Of a stretch of 64,000 nucleotides of DNA, positions 34,200 through 46,051 are shown piece by piece. This DNA is from Raillietiella orientalis (Eukaryota). A program made the position numbers and the translations under genes. Below the pieces are notes generated by a model. It searched no databases. It saw nothing but the letters and a program-made list of their open reading frames with translations, and was not told the DNA's origin. The stretch spans positions 1 through 64,000 of the forward strand of contig JAYWIR010000038.1 in assembly GCA_036172245.1 (NCBI GenBank), given 5' to 3'. The first letter of the stretch is position 1, and the number at the start of each line of letters is the position of its first letter.

Positions 34200-34905
34200 A
34201 GTGATTTCAGCTGGCGGTGCAACCCATTAGCGCTTCTGGCGGTGTTGCTGTCAGTTGTGCATACGTGCTTTCTGATTCTCTGCACTCCCAAGGAACTCTT
34301 TGTTCTCCTCTGTATGTGCGTTGTTGCGTGGAGTGTATGGGCGGTTTCCTGGCGTGGCTTCTAGGGGGATCGGTCGTGGACGACCGGGGAAAATGGGCGA
34401 GGACTCTTGCTCTCCCGGTCATGATTGGCACGGCCTTCTCAGTTCGCATTCTCAGAATAGCTTCTCGGCCTTTTGGCTAAGATCATAGGGGACGCTGTGG
34501 ACCCATGTGGCGGCGAAGGATCCCCAGTAATCAGCCGAGGCAGGAAGCCGGGTCTGCAAGTCCTAGGGAAGCAACAAAATTCGTGCATGGAAACGTGGTT
34601 AGGGCGCATGTGGCCCCAACGGCGAGATTGTGCAGGTGCCCCGTCGCTGAGGCAGGGCTGGTGGCGCTGGCGGTACTGCCAGGGGGTGCGTGTTTTGTTC
34701 GCTGAGCATAACCCAGGTGGCAGCGGAACCAGCAGCGGCCTTGTATGTTGCCGGTGATCTCGCGTGGACGTTGGACTACGTGAGCCAGGACCATCTTTTG
34801 CATCTCCTGGAACGCTGACGCTTCCCTTAAAATCTCGTCTTCCTCCTTCGTACCCTGCAACGCGATGTGGTGACGGACGTCGCTTTAGGGAGCAACACCG
34901 GCATT
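34200..34905 (+). pseudogene. Decayed RT fragment
   Basis: LLAKI near 34470 and DLAWTLDYVSQDHLLHLLER*RFP near 34755-34825. Compare DLRKAFDSVDQELLLELLERLGFP in copy B. Confidence 0.55.
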
Positions 34906-34909
34906 TTCA

Positions 34910-37050
34910 TTTGGACACGCCGGGGGGTTTATTAAAAGAAAAACAAAACAAAGCACATGTGGTGACTGACGAATCTTTCTTGGCTCTTCATGGTCCTTCC
35001 TTCGTGACGTTATTGTCATCCGACTGCCCTCGTAGTGGCGCCGGGAGCTGTGCTGGTGTGCTGGCTACGAGCAGCCTGCGCGAACCCTCGACTCTCGGCG
35101 TCGCTCGCGGAGACTGCAGCCACGCAACCGCAAACGTGGGGTAGGGATGAGGAGGGAGTACAGAGTGCGAAGGGAGGTTGGTCTGGAATGGATTATAAGG
35201 AGGGGGAGGGAGAAGGTAGCTTAGGAAGTTCACCTAGAACGGAGGAGCTACGCAACAGGTCTTCTCGGGAGGGAGGAGGGCCGAGCGAAGCATGCTTGCG
35301 GCAGTGTTCGACCATCCAGCCACCTGGCGGAGCTTCTTGGAAGCTCACGGTCCACGGTTCGCGCGATACTGCCCGGAGTGACCCCGTGCAGGAATCGCGC
35401 TGTCGCTCCACGGGTGCGGAGGCGGGACCATCGCTCGTACACGCTCAGCGTGAGAAGGGGGGAGGGGAATTGACAAGGTCCGCGATGGGAGGAATGCGCG
35501 GGGGGAAAGAAGGCCTAAGGATGAACATGAAAGACAAAAGTGCAGAGTTGTGCAGAGGTCATGAGTAGGGTGGCGGGCAATGAGGGGAGGGGGGGGTCAT
35601 ACAGCACGCCCTGGCGAACTCTGCACTCTTCGCAGGGAGCCAGCGACTTCTTCCCCGTGCCGGACGAGATGCAGCCATCTCATGACCATCCTCGCAAAGA
35701 AAGTGGCCGCCGTCGGCGCGGTCCCCATCGTCCTCGTGGCTTCTCACCGCCCGCGACGCCGCGAGAGCAGCACGGAGCTGCGACCGACCGACGCCGCAGG
35801 CGAAGAGGCGCCTCGGCCCACTCCTCGCGTGGTCCTCCCGTGAGACCGAGGAGCAGCCTGGAGTCCCACGTGCTCCAAGGGGCAACGCTCCCGGAAAGCA
35901 GGGGCGGGAAGGCCCCGCTTCCACCGCACCAGGCACAGCCCGGAGCCGGACTGTTCACCAACTCCTGGCGATGGAGGCCACTGCAGCTACCTGCATGGGT
36001 CTCTGAGAACTCAAGCAACCCTGCCGCCTTCCCGCCCCTGCGCGCCGTCCGTATCGGCCTGCGTAGTCGGCATACACGGCGCCCTTACGCCCACATCCAT
36101 CCCGAGGAGCGGGGATGAGCGCATACAACACGAAGTCAATGTCCGTTCCCATGAAAGCACGGCGAACTGGGAGGCCACACTGGATCCACTCGGGAATTCC
36201 CGTGAGCAGCTCCATGGAGTATCTTTGGAAGATTCTGTCCGACGGTGCTTTCGTCGAATTACCTCCAGAAGGCAGGAATGGCGCTGAAGTCCTTCATGGA
36301 TGGCAGGTCGGGTTTTTCAAAGGGTCCCCCACTCAGAGCGTCTTTGCTTCCCCTCCCTTTCCTTTTCCCTCTTCTTTTGTTCCGCTTTCGCCATACGAGG
36401 CTAGACGCAGGGCGGGCGGTCTCCGGAGGAAAGCACCATGGGACCGAAGGTTTGCCTCGAAGGCCTCGTTGGCGCCAAGAGGGGATGCAGAACTCGCCGT
36501 CCTCCCTTCAAGGAAGAAGAAGGGGTCGTAACTCTAATCCGGAAAGACGGCCTTGATGACCGAGAAGTGAATGAGCAGGCTACGGCGGCTGTGGTGCCTG
36601 CCCACGCGCGGAATCCCGAGGCGCGTGGTCAGTTGCCAGGGCGTGGCGTCGTTGCTGCCTCACAGCCGCGACCGCACGAAGGCTCCCGGGTCACCAGCGA
36701 GGCAGGTTGACTCTGCACTGAGGGAACGGCGGTAACGGGTCTCCTGCCGCCCCTCAGTCCCCGACGGCAGGAGGCTGTGGTGCCCGAATACGCACCTCCA
36801 GGGCTGGCGCAGACCTGGTGCCTCCTGTTGGCCACCTGGAGTGCTGCGGTCTTCCTGGAGGAAGCAAGTAAAAGTCGATCTGTGCCACCACTGCAAATCC
36901 CTTGGCCATAGCGCCGTCGTCCCTACAGGAGAGGAACGGAGCTTGCCAACCGGAGGGGTGAGTGACCTCGCAGCAACAGCGACGGTGGTCAGACGGTGGA
37001 AGACGAGTCTCTGGGCAGACGCAACCCCGCTAAACAACCGCTCCATAGGG
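34910..37050 (-). pseudogene. Decayed, deleted LINE copy
   Basis: 3' AATAAACCCCCCGGCG at 34918-34933 (minus), with VRQG and DIDFVL remnants and endonuclease CFLQE. DNA similarity to 20230-20340. Confidence 0.55.
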
Positions 37051-37799
37051 CGGAATACCTGGACACCCCGTTGCGGATCCCTCCACTCAGCATGGACAGT
37101 CCCGTGTGCCCCTTCAGGAGGCAGGTGGGAAAAGCGGCTTTGCCGTCCTCACGGTGAGGCTTCCCGCTCACCCAACGGCGGCATCGTCACTTCCAGCCGC
37201 ATAGAAAGCAGAACTTCCGCCCACCTGCTTTCGGGACGCAGGATCACTTAGGGGCGAGCTGGAGCCCTGCCTCGCCGCAGCCCTGCTCCGATCGGAGATA
37301 CTCCGGAAGAGGTGCCGTGGCGCCGCTTCGCGCGGGTCGGGGAGTTTGTTTGTCGCCCGCTCCCCTAATAGCCCCATCCAGTGTTCCTTGGGGAGGATCG
37401 TGGCGCCCTAGTGAGGAAGAGGGACCACCCAGCTAGAACGCTCCGTGGAGAAGAACGTGGCAAAGTGGCTTCGGAAGTGGATGCCAGAGTGGAGGAGAAT
37501 GTCGCCTGCATCCCACACAGGTTTTAGAAGATGCAGAGTATGTGACCAATGGCCCCGTCCCCTCCCCCTTTTGCTTATTGATCTGCCTACTGTCTCCTCC
37601 CCTACGCCCTCCCTGCCCTTCTGTGGAGCCAGACTGAGAGTCGATGGTCTCCATTTCTTCTCATTCCCTCACCTGACTTTTCCAAAGGTCACGTAAACCT
37701 CTCGACCCACACGACCGGCTGACTTTTCTTTCTTTGTTGGAAGCGAAGCGTTTCCGAGTGACCGAAAGACGATGGATCGCACTAGGGTCTCCAGGATGA

Positions 37800-39750
37800 G
37801 GGGAAGCGGTCGATTCGTCTCGCGCACGCCGCTGCCGCTCTGTGCGCTCCAAGGCGACCCTACGCGTGACACCCTGGCCTCCGCCAGGAAGCGGGGCGGC
37901 CAGAGTCGCTGTTCTTCGGTGGCGCTCGAAGCATCGGCGCGCTGTCGAAGAGGATGAGCTGCCGGGAGGGCGCGGGCGCAGCTTCCGAACGAACTCTGGA
38001 GCAGAAAGGGAAGTCGCGAGACGAATGCCCCTCTTACCACCCCTTTCTGCAGGGGAGTCGCGACTTGTGCGACTCCCGGCTGGGACTGAGCCCTCGGTCG
38101 AACTTTCCGCCCTCGTCGGAGTCCTCCGGCGAGAGCGGAAATGTCCAACAGCGCTGTCGGGAGAAGGTCATGAGCGTCCCTGGTCGTCTCCCGGCTTCCT
38201 TCGAAGCTCCGTCAATCGCTTCGCGGTGGAGCCCTCGCGTCAGCGAAGGAGTCGGCAGAGCTCTGGTGAAATCAACGACCGCGCGGTCGCCGGCGGCCGA
38301 GGACGCGCGTCAGAAGGACGCGGGGCCTGTTCCCCTAGGCCTGACACACCTGCGGCCCCGCGGACGGATGTGTCGATTGCGATGCGACCTCGAGCCTCGG
38401 TTCATTGCACCCGACCCGTGATGGCAGTCTGCCCCCGTGACACCATCTGGCGCCTGTGGCCGTCGATTGGCCGCCGCCGCTGGACGCGCAGTGGCCGCCT
38501 ACGTTCAGGGAGCTTCCCGGTTCCGCAGCAGGGAGGAGACGGTAGGCCGATGACTCTGGCCGCTTGGGAGGATCGCGCGCACTTCCTGCAGGGAAGTGGT
38601 GCGCACGAGGCGCCAGCAACTTCCGCCTTTCAGGAGCTGCGTCCTCCAGGCCCGCAGGAATTACCCTACAACCTTCTCACGTGCGGGCTCCGTCGCCCTG
38701 CTGACTCCGTCACACGCATTGGGTCTCACCCCCTCCTCCCAGCCGATGCTCGCTCAGGAGTTCTCCGACCTGGAGTGGTCAGGCTGGGAGGAGCGTCTTC
38801 AGCAGTGTTCAACAGCTGACGAATGGGGCTAATGGGAGGCCGGGAGGAGGGGCAGCGGACATCGGGCGCGGGCGTGAGAAGCAGCGATTCAGTCACGCGC
38901 TGGTGAGAGCGAGGGGTGAACAAGAGACGGGGCAAGAAGATTAGTCCCCATCGACGGACAGTTCACGGGGATCGCGTCCCCCCTTCCCCAGGAAAGGCGA
39001 CTGCGGTGCAGGTGGCGCGACGGATGGTGTCGAGGAAGAAGCAGAAAGGAGCTCCGAGGATCCCAAAAACCCGCTGAGAGGGCGGTCTGGTGCCGGTAGG
39101 GATCGAGGAGGGTCACCTCGGACCTCTGACACGTGGATCCGAGTGACCTGGTCTTCCCTACCGTGGTCCTGCCCTCGGAAGAACTCGTCCCAAGGCAGCC
39201 CGGAAAGTCGGGTCCCGTCCACCGCGTGACGGCTCCCGGGAAGGAGGGCGATGCTACCCGGTGGCAACCCCGAGCTGGAGGGACCGGATTATGAAGAAAG
39301 CAGCGGGAAGGCGGAACGGAGGGAGCTCTCAAGGAACCTGAGTATGGCTCGAGGGGTTTCCGCCGGAGGGCACCCGATGTTGCTCTGCGGCCTCCGAGGA
39401 GAGCTCCAGACGACGGCCCCCCTTTGCACCAGCATCCGGGTGGAGACTCTGGCGCCGGATCCCGGGCCCCTGGAGGGAGATGGGCCGCTCGCTTTCTCCG
39501 AGGATCTCCGCCCCTGGCAACGGCATGAGATAGCGGAAACGCCGGCGAGGAGGAGCCGTGCCGGACGGAGTATTCTTCTCGAGTATGCGGATGGAGCAGA
39601 GGTGGCGCTACCTGACGGTAGATCAGCACCTGTCTCCCCCTTCCCCTCTTCAGGTCTGCGAAACCACCGAAAGGGGAGACCAGGAGGCGCAACAGGGCTT
39701 CCCGGCGCCTCCGGAAGCCGGAAGACGTCCGCAAGGAGCGGCAGGAGCGG
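37800..39750 (+). pseudogene. Very decayed LINE ORF2-like relic
   Basis: Faint ordered remnants only (CSTADEWG; LEGPDYEE..RELSRNLS..G; LRPW). Confidence 0.3.
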
Positions 39751-39875
39751 GTGATGCGGGCGCTTTTCCCTTCCCGGCTAGTGGGCAACTACAGCGCTGG
39801 GTCACGCCGGCTGCTCCGAACGTTGGTCACGGTCTCAGCCGACCGCCGGCGCGCACAGGAGCACGCGGCTCCTCG

Positions 39876-42800
39876 TCACGGGCAACGAAGGGCGCCCGAC
39901 CCCCTATGTGATCCGCGCCCGGAGCGGGCATCGGCTTCCAGAGAGAGGGAACGGAAACCGTGCGAGCGCCTGAGGGCGTCTTTAATGAACCTGCCGTCCC
40001 GGACGCCGTGCAGGAGTAGCCGGAGCTTGCCGACGTGTCCGGTGGAGGAGGTGTTGCTTGACTGCGGGATGAGGATGGGGTGAGGCCGAGCACGCGCGCG
40101 GGGGAGGGGGAACTTCTTACCACCAACTTCAGATGGGCTTTCCAGGAGCCACGCGGGTCCTCTCCCCAGGTTAGCACCGACAGGAAGGTCCATTCCTGGA
40201 AGCCGATGGTCGAGCTGTCGAACGGTCTGGGCTCGAGCAGATTGACAACGGTGCCTGAGGAGGCGAACGGCGATAAGTGGGTGGCCAGGGACGACGGTGC
40301 CCTTACCGGACGGCGAGGTCAGCGAGACGGAGAGGTCGCCGCGGCGAGAGCACTCAACGCTGAGCGTCAGAAGGACGTGCTCCAGCGAACGGATGCTGCA
40401 CGAAGTGGGTCGGAAGTCTGCCGTTGCCTCGAGATCCGGCCGGAGCTCGGAGCCGCTCCTGGGAAAGACGCGTATTGAGGGAAGCGAGAGGGAAGGAAGA
40501 GAAGAGGTAGGAAGAAGAAAAAAAAGGCAAAAAAAGAGGAAGTAAAAGAGGAGGAATAGGAAGGAGAGGAGGTGTTGTGTCTTTACCTGGACAGCTCTCC
40601 CAGGGAGCACGTGACCCTCTCCGGGACTGTGGTCCAGCGTTCGGCGAGTGAGACCATCCTCTCAGCGTCCATAAGCCCGAAACCGAAGGCGTGGTGAATG
40701 CTCAGGCCGGCGCCGTTGACCTGCCAGCCTTCGGGGTCCAGCGGTCGGGGATTTGCCGACAGCGCTACAAGGTACTGCACGTCCCTCCAGGTGAGGGTGG
40801 GGCTGGGGAGAGACCGCGCATCGCTGGAAAGAGAGTGGCGCGCGTTGCGAACGCCACCTACTTGACCTCGAGCGCCAAAGCGATAATGCCGGCGCCCAGA
40901 GGGGCTGCTGCCGACGTTCCTCCGTGCTGCCGGCTGCATCCACCGCCCACGGTCGTCGACACCTGCGTGGAGGGACGCCCGGTTGCCCCGACGACGCACC
41001 CGTTGCCCTCGACTCACTATCTTTCCTTGTCCGAGGACATCGCTTGAGTAGACGGCTGCCATGATGGCGGCGCACCGTTCGGCGTACCAGGGGGACCGCC
41101 CATCCTGGGCTGCCGCCGCCACGGCGACAGTGCGGACGTCGGACACGTAGCCGTCGCAGCCGCAGTGGTCTCCCTGTGCGCCCCCGTTGCCGGAGGCCCA
41201 CACGAACACGGCGCCGCGGCCCGCGCGACCCCGCATCACGGCCCGGTCGAGCGACCGCAGCGCCAGCTCGCCCGGACCCTCCACCGTGGCGCCGTCGTCC
41301 GCAGGCCCCCAGGAGGCCACCAGCACGTCAGCGACCAGCGACCGCGCGCCCAGGCCGTCGCCCTCGGTGGCGTCCGTAACTCTTCCGTCGAGCATGCGCA
41401 CCCCTGGAGAAAGAGCCGCTTGAGGGCATCGCATGCGGAAGGGAGCTCGACGCCCACGCACCTCCGATTCGGCTACCGAAGGCGACGCCCACGCCGCACA
41501 CGCCGTTCCCAGCTGCCATGGAGATCTCCCCGGCACACAGCGTCCCGTGAGAGCCCCTTCCGGGCATGGAGAACTCGGGGGAGGGATCGAGGTCCTGGCC
41601 GTTGACGTCGTAGCTCAGAGATGGGTCCTGCGGGGCATAAAACACTGGAGCAGGGGGAGGGAGGACCCTTACTCACGTAGTTGCCCCTGAGATCCTCGTG
41701 AGTCCACTCCAGACCGTCGTCCAGCACCACGATTCGCACTCCCCAGCCGGTGACCCCCTGACGGTATACGGGCAGCACGCGCAGGTCGCCGGTGGGGACG
41801 CGACCCCGACTTTCCCACGTCGTCCCGCTAATCTGGAAGAGAGGGCGCGAGGTTCCTGAGACCGCACCCCCGCGGAACTCACCCATGCTAGGATGGATGG
41901 CACCGGCGGCTTCTGCGCCCCCTGCAGGACGGACTCGAGTGACCCCACTGCCCGAGGGAGGTCTCTCCTCCTCCCTTCCCGCGTGCCTCTTACCAGGTAC
42001 CACTGCTCCGCCCAGAAGTAGTCGTTGAAGTGGGTCGTGGTTCCGGCGCCTCCTAGGAGGACCCCTCGGAGGGAGCGCCTCTTCTCAAACTGCTGCTCTG
42101 CCCAGGTCACCTGGCGGGGGAAGGCACGCGGGTGTCCCTTGGACCGGGCTCCTGAACGCCCTGCCGGCTCACCCTTCTGTCTCTGTGCAGGTTGGCGGTC
42201 AGGTGCTCCGCACTCTCGTGGGACCCCTCGGGGTGATCGGCCTTGCGGAAGACGGAGATTCCCGGAAGTCCCTCCAGCTGGAAGCACCGGCGCCATCTTG
42301 AGACCGCAGCCCAGCCTCGCGCGCTGTGTCCGGGCTGTCCCCCGGGCAGTCCAGTTAAGCAGGGGGCGAGAAGGAGGAGTCGCTTTCGCGCTGCGCCGGA
42401 GCGCCACCGCAGGGCACGCCCTGGGGCCGTGCCCAGCGTAGCAACGCACCGACGAAACGCTGCGGGCCAGACTGGCGCGAGCGGAGGCCAGTTGCATGCG
42501 CAACGTCTTATGCAGCAGCCTTCATGTGTGCGCGGAGCGGCGCGGACTGCAGGGCAGCTGCCGCAGGCGGGAGGGAAGCTTACAATCTGCGCATGCGCGG
42601 AAGTGGCATCGGTTTTGCGGTGGACGGCAGAGCCTTTCGGGAGGCGGCGCGGGCTCTGGGCAGGACGCACTCCGCTGCAGAGCCCCTTCGTTGTCGTGGG
42701 CACCTTCCCCCGTCCGGAAGAACGCCCACGCAGAGTTCCGTTAACCCCCGGAGAGTGGCAGCGGTCGATGCGAGGCACCGCCAGCCACTAAGGCCGGTTG

Positions 42801-45459
42801 TTGCCGGGTTCGGGAGGCGAACCGCCGACATGTTGCCTCGTCCCACCCTCCACGAGCCTCCGTCTGCACTGCAGGTCAACTCACGCGGCACTGTCTCTGG
42901 AACCAGCAAATTCCAGAATTTGGCGTCCCGACACTCCTCTTCCTCCCCTGTGTCCGAAATCGACGCAGGTGACGGCGCCGGCGAGTCGCTTAGCAGCGAA
43001 CTGCACCGACCCATGCAACTCACGTTTCCCACGGATACCGAGCATTTCCAATTGTTGCGTCACACAGGTACCCCAGCAGAACAGGGAGTCTATTTCTGAG
43101 TTCCCCGAACGTAGCTGCAGTACTACCAGCCTCGAATCCTTTTTTCCCTCATTGATTGTCAAGGCATCTGCAGCACCAGCGTTTTGAAAGTTTTTGTGCT
43201 GTTCCTTGCAGACGGCGATGAGATAGCCCTTGCAAACAGTCGAAAAGAGCTTTCTTGCTCATGCTTTCAACCCTACAGAAGCTGCTGAATGTGAGCAAAG
43301 CTAGAGTCACTCGGAGGCAGCCAGAGTGCTAAGCGGACCGAGCAAGACGCGTTCCATCTGCTTCCCATGGAGATGAGCGCTTGAAGAAGAAGAAAGAAGA
43401 AAGCTTCTTCTTCAGTGGGTTCATAAGGTACCCCTCCGAACTGCAGAAAGACGAAACTTTTGAAGCGTCCCCTGGGTATCAGATATTCCGATTCTCCACT
43501 TCACCCTTGTAGTCTTCTCCATCATCTTCACTCCACCAAGGCAATAAAGAAAATAATAAACCTTAACTCCGTGAAGGATCTCTGCTTGGGGCTGTTCTTT
43601 TCATTGAGAAGGTACCAGTGAAGCTGCGTTTCTAAGGCGATTCTCATCAATCCAGACGTTCCATCTCCATACTGCCGTCGAGATGTCTTGAGTCGTTCCA
43701 CGGTCAGGAGACCGCGAGTACCCGCGCAACAGGGGACGAAAGTTGGTGTCATGGCAGCACGCATTTGGAGGCGGACTTGGAGGCACCGTAAGCAGCCTCC
43801 CCTCACCAGCAGTTCTTCGGCATCTCTTTTCTGCACGAAATCGATGGTTCCCATGGGCGGAAACGCCAGGTCCACGCGCATCCTCGACCGTTCCCCAGGG
43901 AAAATGCGGGGAAGAAAAACAGCCCGGAGCTGAAAGGGAATCGTCTCAGCAGCCGTGGGCCCCTTAGGGTTCAGTGTTTTCCGAGACCCAGCTGGACGCA
44001 TGTCCCTTGGATGATTCTCGTTTTCCCCTTTCAGAAGCGCAGCTCCGTCCTTGCTCGTGCGATGGCTAAGAAAGAACGTTCGACCCCTGGGATATGCGCG
44101 GGCGGTGACAGACGCATGAGCGCATCTGTCCCCCAAACAGGACACAGGGACAGGTTTCTGTTTGGAGGACAGAAGGGTACGCACAATGACACTTTTCGGG
44201 GTGGAGGAGAGGACGCCCCTGCCCGTCCTTCCTTGTTGTCACAAGAGACGGGGTAAGCGGTTCCCGGCGCTTGAGTCTCTGTGGTGACAGACGGCCGAGC
44301 AGCCAGCGAGGCAGCGCGCCTGCGAAGGCTGCTGCTGCGCGCAGGCTGCTCGACTGCCAGAGCGCCCGTTCGAGAGGCGGCGGCGGCGCGCTCCGCCTGT
44401 CACGGACTTGCGTCATCGCTTGCGTCAGACCCGTCTCTCTTCCCTCCCCAACTCGGACGGTGCTCGCCCTTGGCAGCGAGGGCGCCACACTGGAAGTTGC
44501 GGGCCTTTTCAAAAGGCGGGAGGTGACGCGGAAGTGGGCCGGGAGGGGGGGAAGGAAAGGTCGCTTTCCGCGGCACCCCGGAAGCGCGGAGGCTTTTGGT
44601 TTCCTCCAGTTCGCTACCACTCCTTCCCACCCCCGCTTTCTCAACCACGCAACCCCGGCCATCGAGGGAGTTCCTCGGTAACTTGGCAACCCCATCGGAG
44701 ATGCTGTTTTGCCCCCTCGGGCAGCGGCCTCGCCGCGGCGTGGCCAAACCCCCCGAGGTGCCACGTCGACCCGACTCGCACGTGCGCGTGGTCTTGGGCC
44801 TGCGCTTGGCGGCTGGTTTCCTAGCGACGCGCGCGGGTGCGCGCGCACATCCTCGGACGCCGCCTCAGTGGTGCGGCGGCGGCGCCGTCCGGGATCCCGG
44901 TGTGTCCAGAACGCTGTGGAACGAGCTCGGCTCGCTCGGAGGCCCGAAGATGGAGGAGTTCCCGCGCGTCCCCTCGAGCGAAAGCGCACGCGCGTCCCGT
45001 TGACTCTGTTGCCTCGACCGGGGTGGAAAGAGGGGTGCCGACCCTTCCGCCGAAAAAGTCCTTCGGCGGAGCTTCTGTCAAGGGACGCCGCAGAACACCC
45101 GCGCGCGCGCGCCCTACGGGAGCACAGTGGGATCCCCCTCTTCCCCGCGGGCTCTTGCGGAGTCGAGGCGCTCCGGAGCCGCGCGCCTACCGCCCCCGCA
45201 GGGCGACCCCGCGGAACCGTCCACGTGGCATTACCGTTCCTGCGTACTCGTATCCCAGGTCGGCGGCGGCGTCCTCGGGAGCCACGCGCTCCCTGAGCCT
45301 CACGAGCCACTCATTGTGGAAGGAAGTGGCCGTCTCCAGCCCGGTGTGGTGGCGGAGGCGGGCGCCCTGCCCCGAGGAACAGGGCGCGAGCACACAGCAC
45401 AAGGAAACGAGGGCGCCCAGCGTGGCACCGGGCGAGCGGCTCCATCCGCACGGTTGCAT
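39876..45459 (-). CDS. PCSK1: Neuroendocrine/prohormone convertase 1 (PC1/3)-like subtilisin/kexin protease, 11 exons, about 647 aa
   Basis: Phase-consistent GT-AG exons: 45459-45235, 42277-42173, 42110-41994, 41832-41677, 41627-41462, 41403-41018, 40962-40862, 40802-40587, 40458-40307, 40254-40121, 40061-39876. Signal peptide, prodomain, triad motifs LDDG/HGT/GTSA, oxyanion SGNGG and P-domain RRGDL. PC1/3-type strings LDDGLEW, CAGEISM, TVEGPG and SPWYAE. No Cys-rich or TM tail. Confidence 0.9.
43550..44200 (-). pseudogene. Possible LINE ORF2 relic in intron 1 of the convertase gene
   Basis: LRCLQVRLQMRAA..PCCAGTRGLL resembles LERLELQLQFRTIA..WCEPARCLV. Confidence 0.35.
44814..44834. promoter_or_regulatory. 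X-box (RFX)-like motif, copy 1 of an exact 21-bp direct repeat (intron 1)
   Basis: TGGTTTCCTAGCGACGCGCGC is identical to 46031-46051. The core GTTTCCTAGCGAC resembles the RFX X-box. Confidence 0.4.
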
Positions 45460-46030
45460 GGCTTCTTCCCTGTGGCCGCCGCTCTCTCATACGCACGGGG
45501 GAGGCTGCGCCCTCGAGAGACGTCACCAGGACACGTCACGGGTAGAGAAGACACCGCCGGCTCGAGCCGCTGAAGGCGCGCGCGGAGATCGGCGGGTGCT
45601 CCCCTCTCCCCCTGGGCCACCGTCTGGAGAGGGGGGAGAATCTGGTCCCGTGCAGATTCTCCCCTCTTCCCCCGACTCTCCGACCCACGGCCGTACTCGA
45701 CGTGGCGTGCGGCAGCGGCGGTTCCCTCGCAGTTGCCGCAGCTGCCGGAGCACGCAGGTGTCCTCCCAGCGCTGCGCACACATGAGCGCGTTTCTGCTGC
45801 TGCTGCTGCCGCCGCGTCTTCTCCGCTTCGCCACCTTCCCTTCTCCCTTCCCGAGATCGGAGCCTTCAGTCAATTCGAGGAGGTGCCGGCGACACGGAGG
45901 AACCGCCTCGGACCCCGCAGGACGCGTAACCGAGGACAAGGAAAGTGCTCCCCCCCCACGCCCTCCTTACGGGGTGGCCACCCAACCAGCAGATTCTCCG
46001 GCATGCTCACACGGGCCTACGATCGATGGT

Positions 46031-46051
46031 TGGTTTCCTAGCGACGCGCGC
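46031..46051. promoter_or_regulatory. X-box (RFX)-like motif, copy 2 (about 570 bp upstream of the convertase ATG)
   Basis: Identical to 44814-44834. Confidence 0.4.

Noticed and set aside
39876..45459. Calling the convertase furin or PC2
   Set aside because: It lacks Cys-rich and TM domains, has the oxyanion Asn (PC2 has Asp) and shows PC1/3-type motifs.
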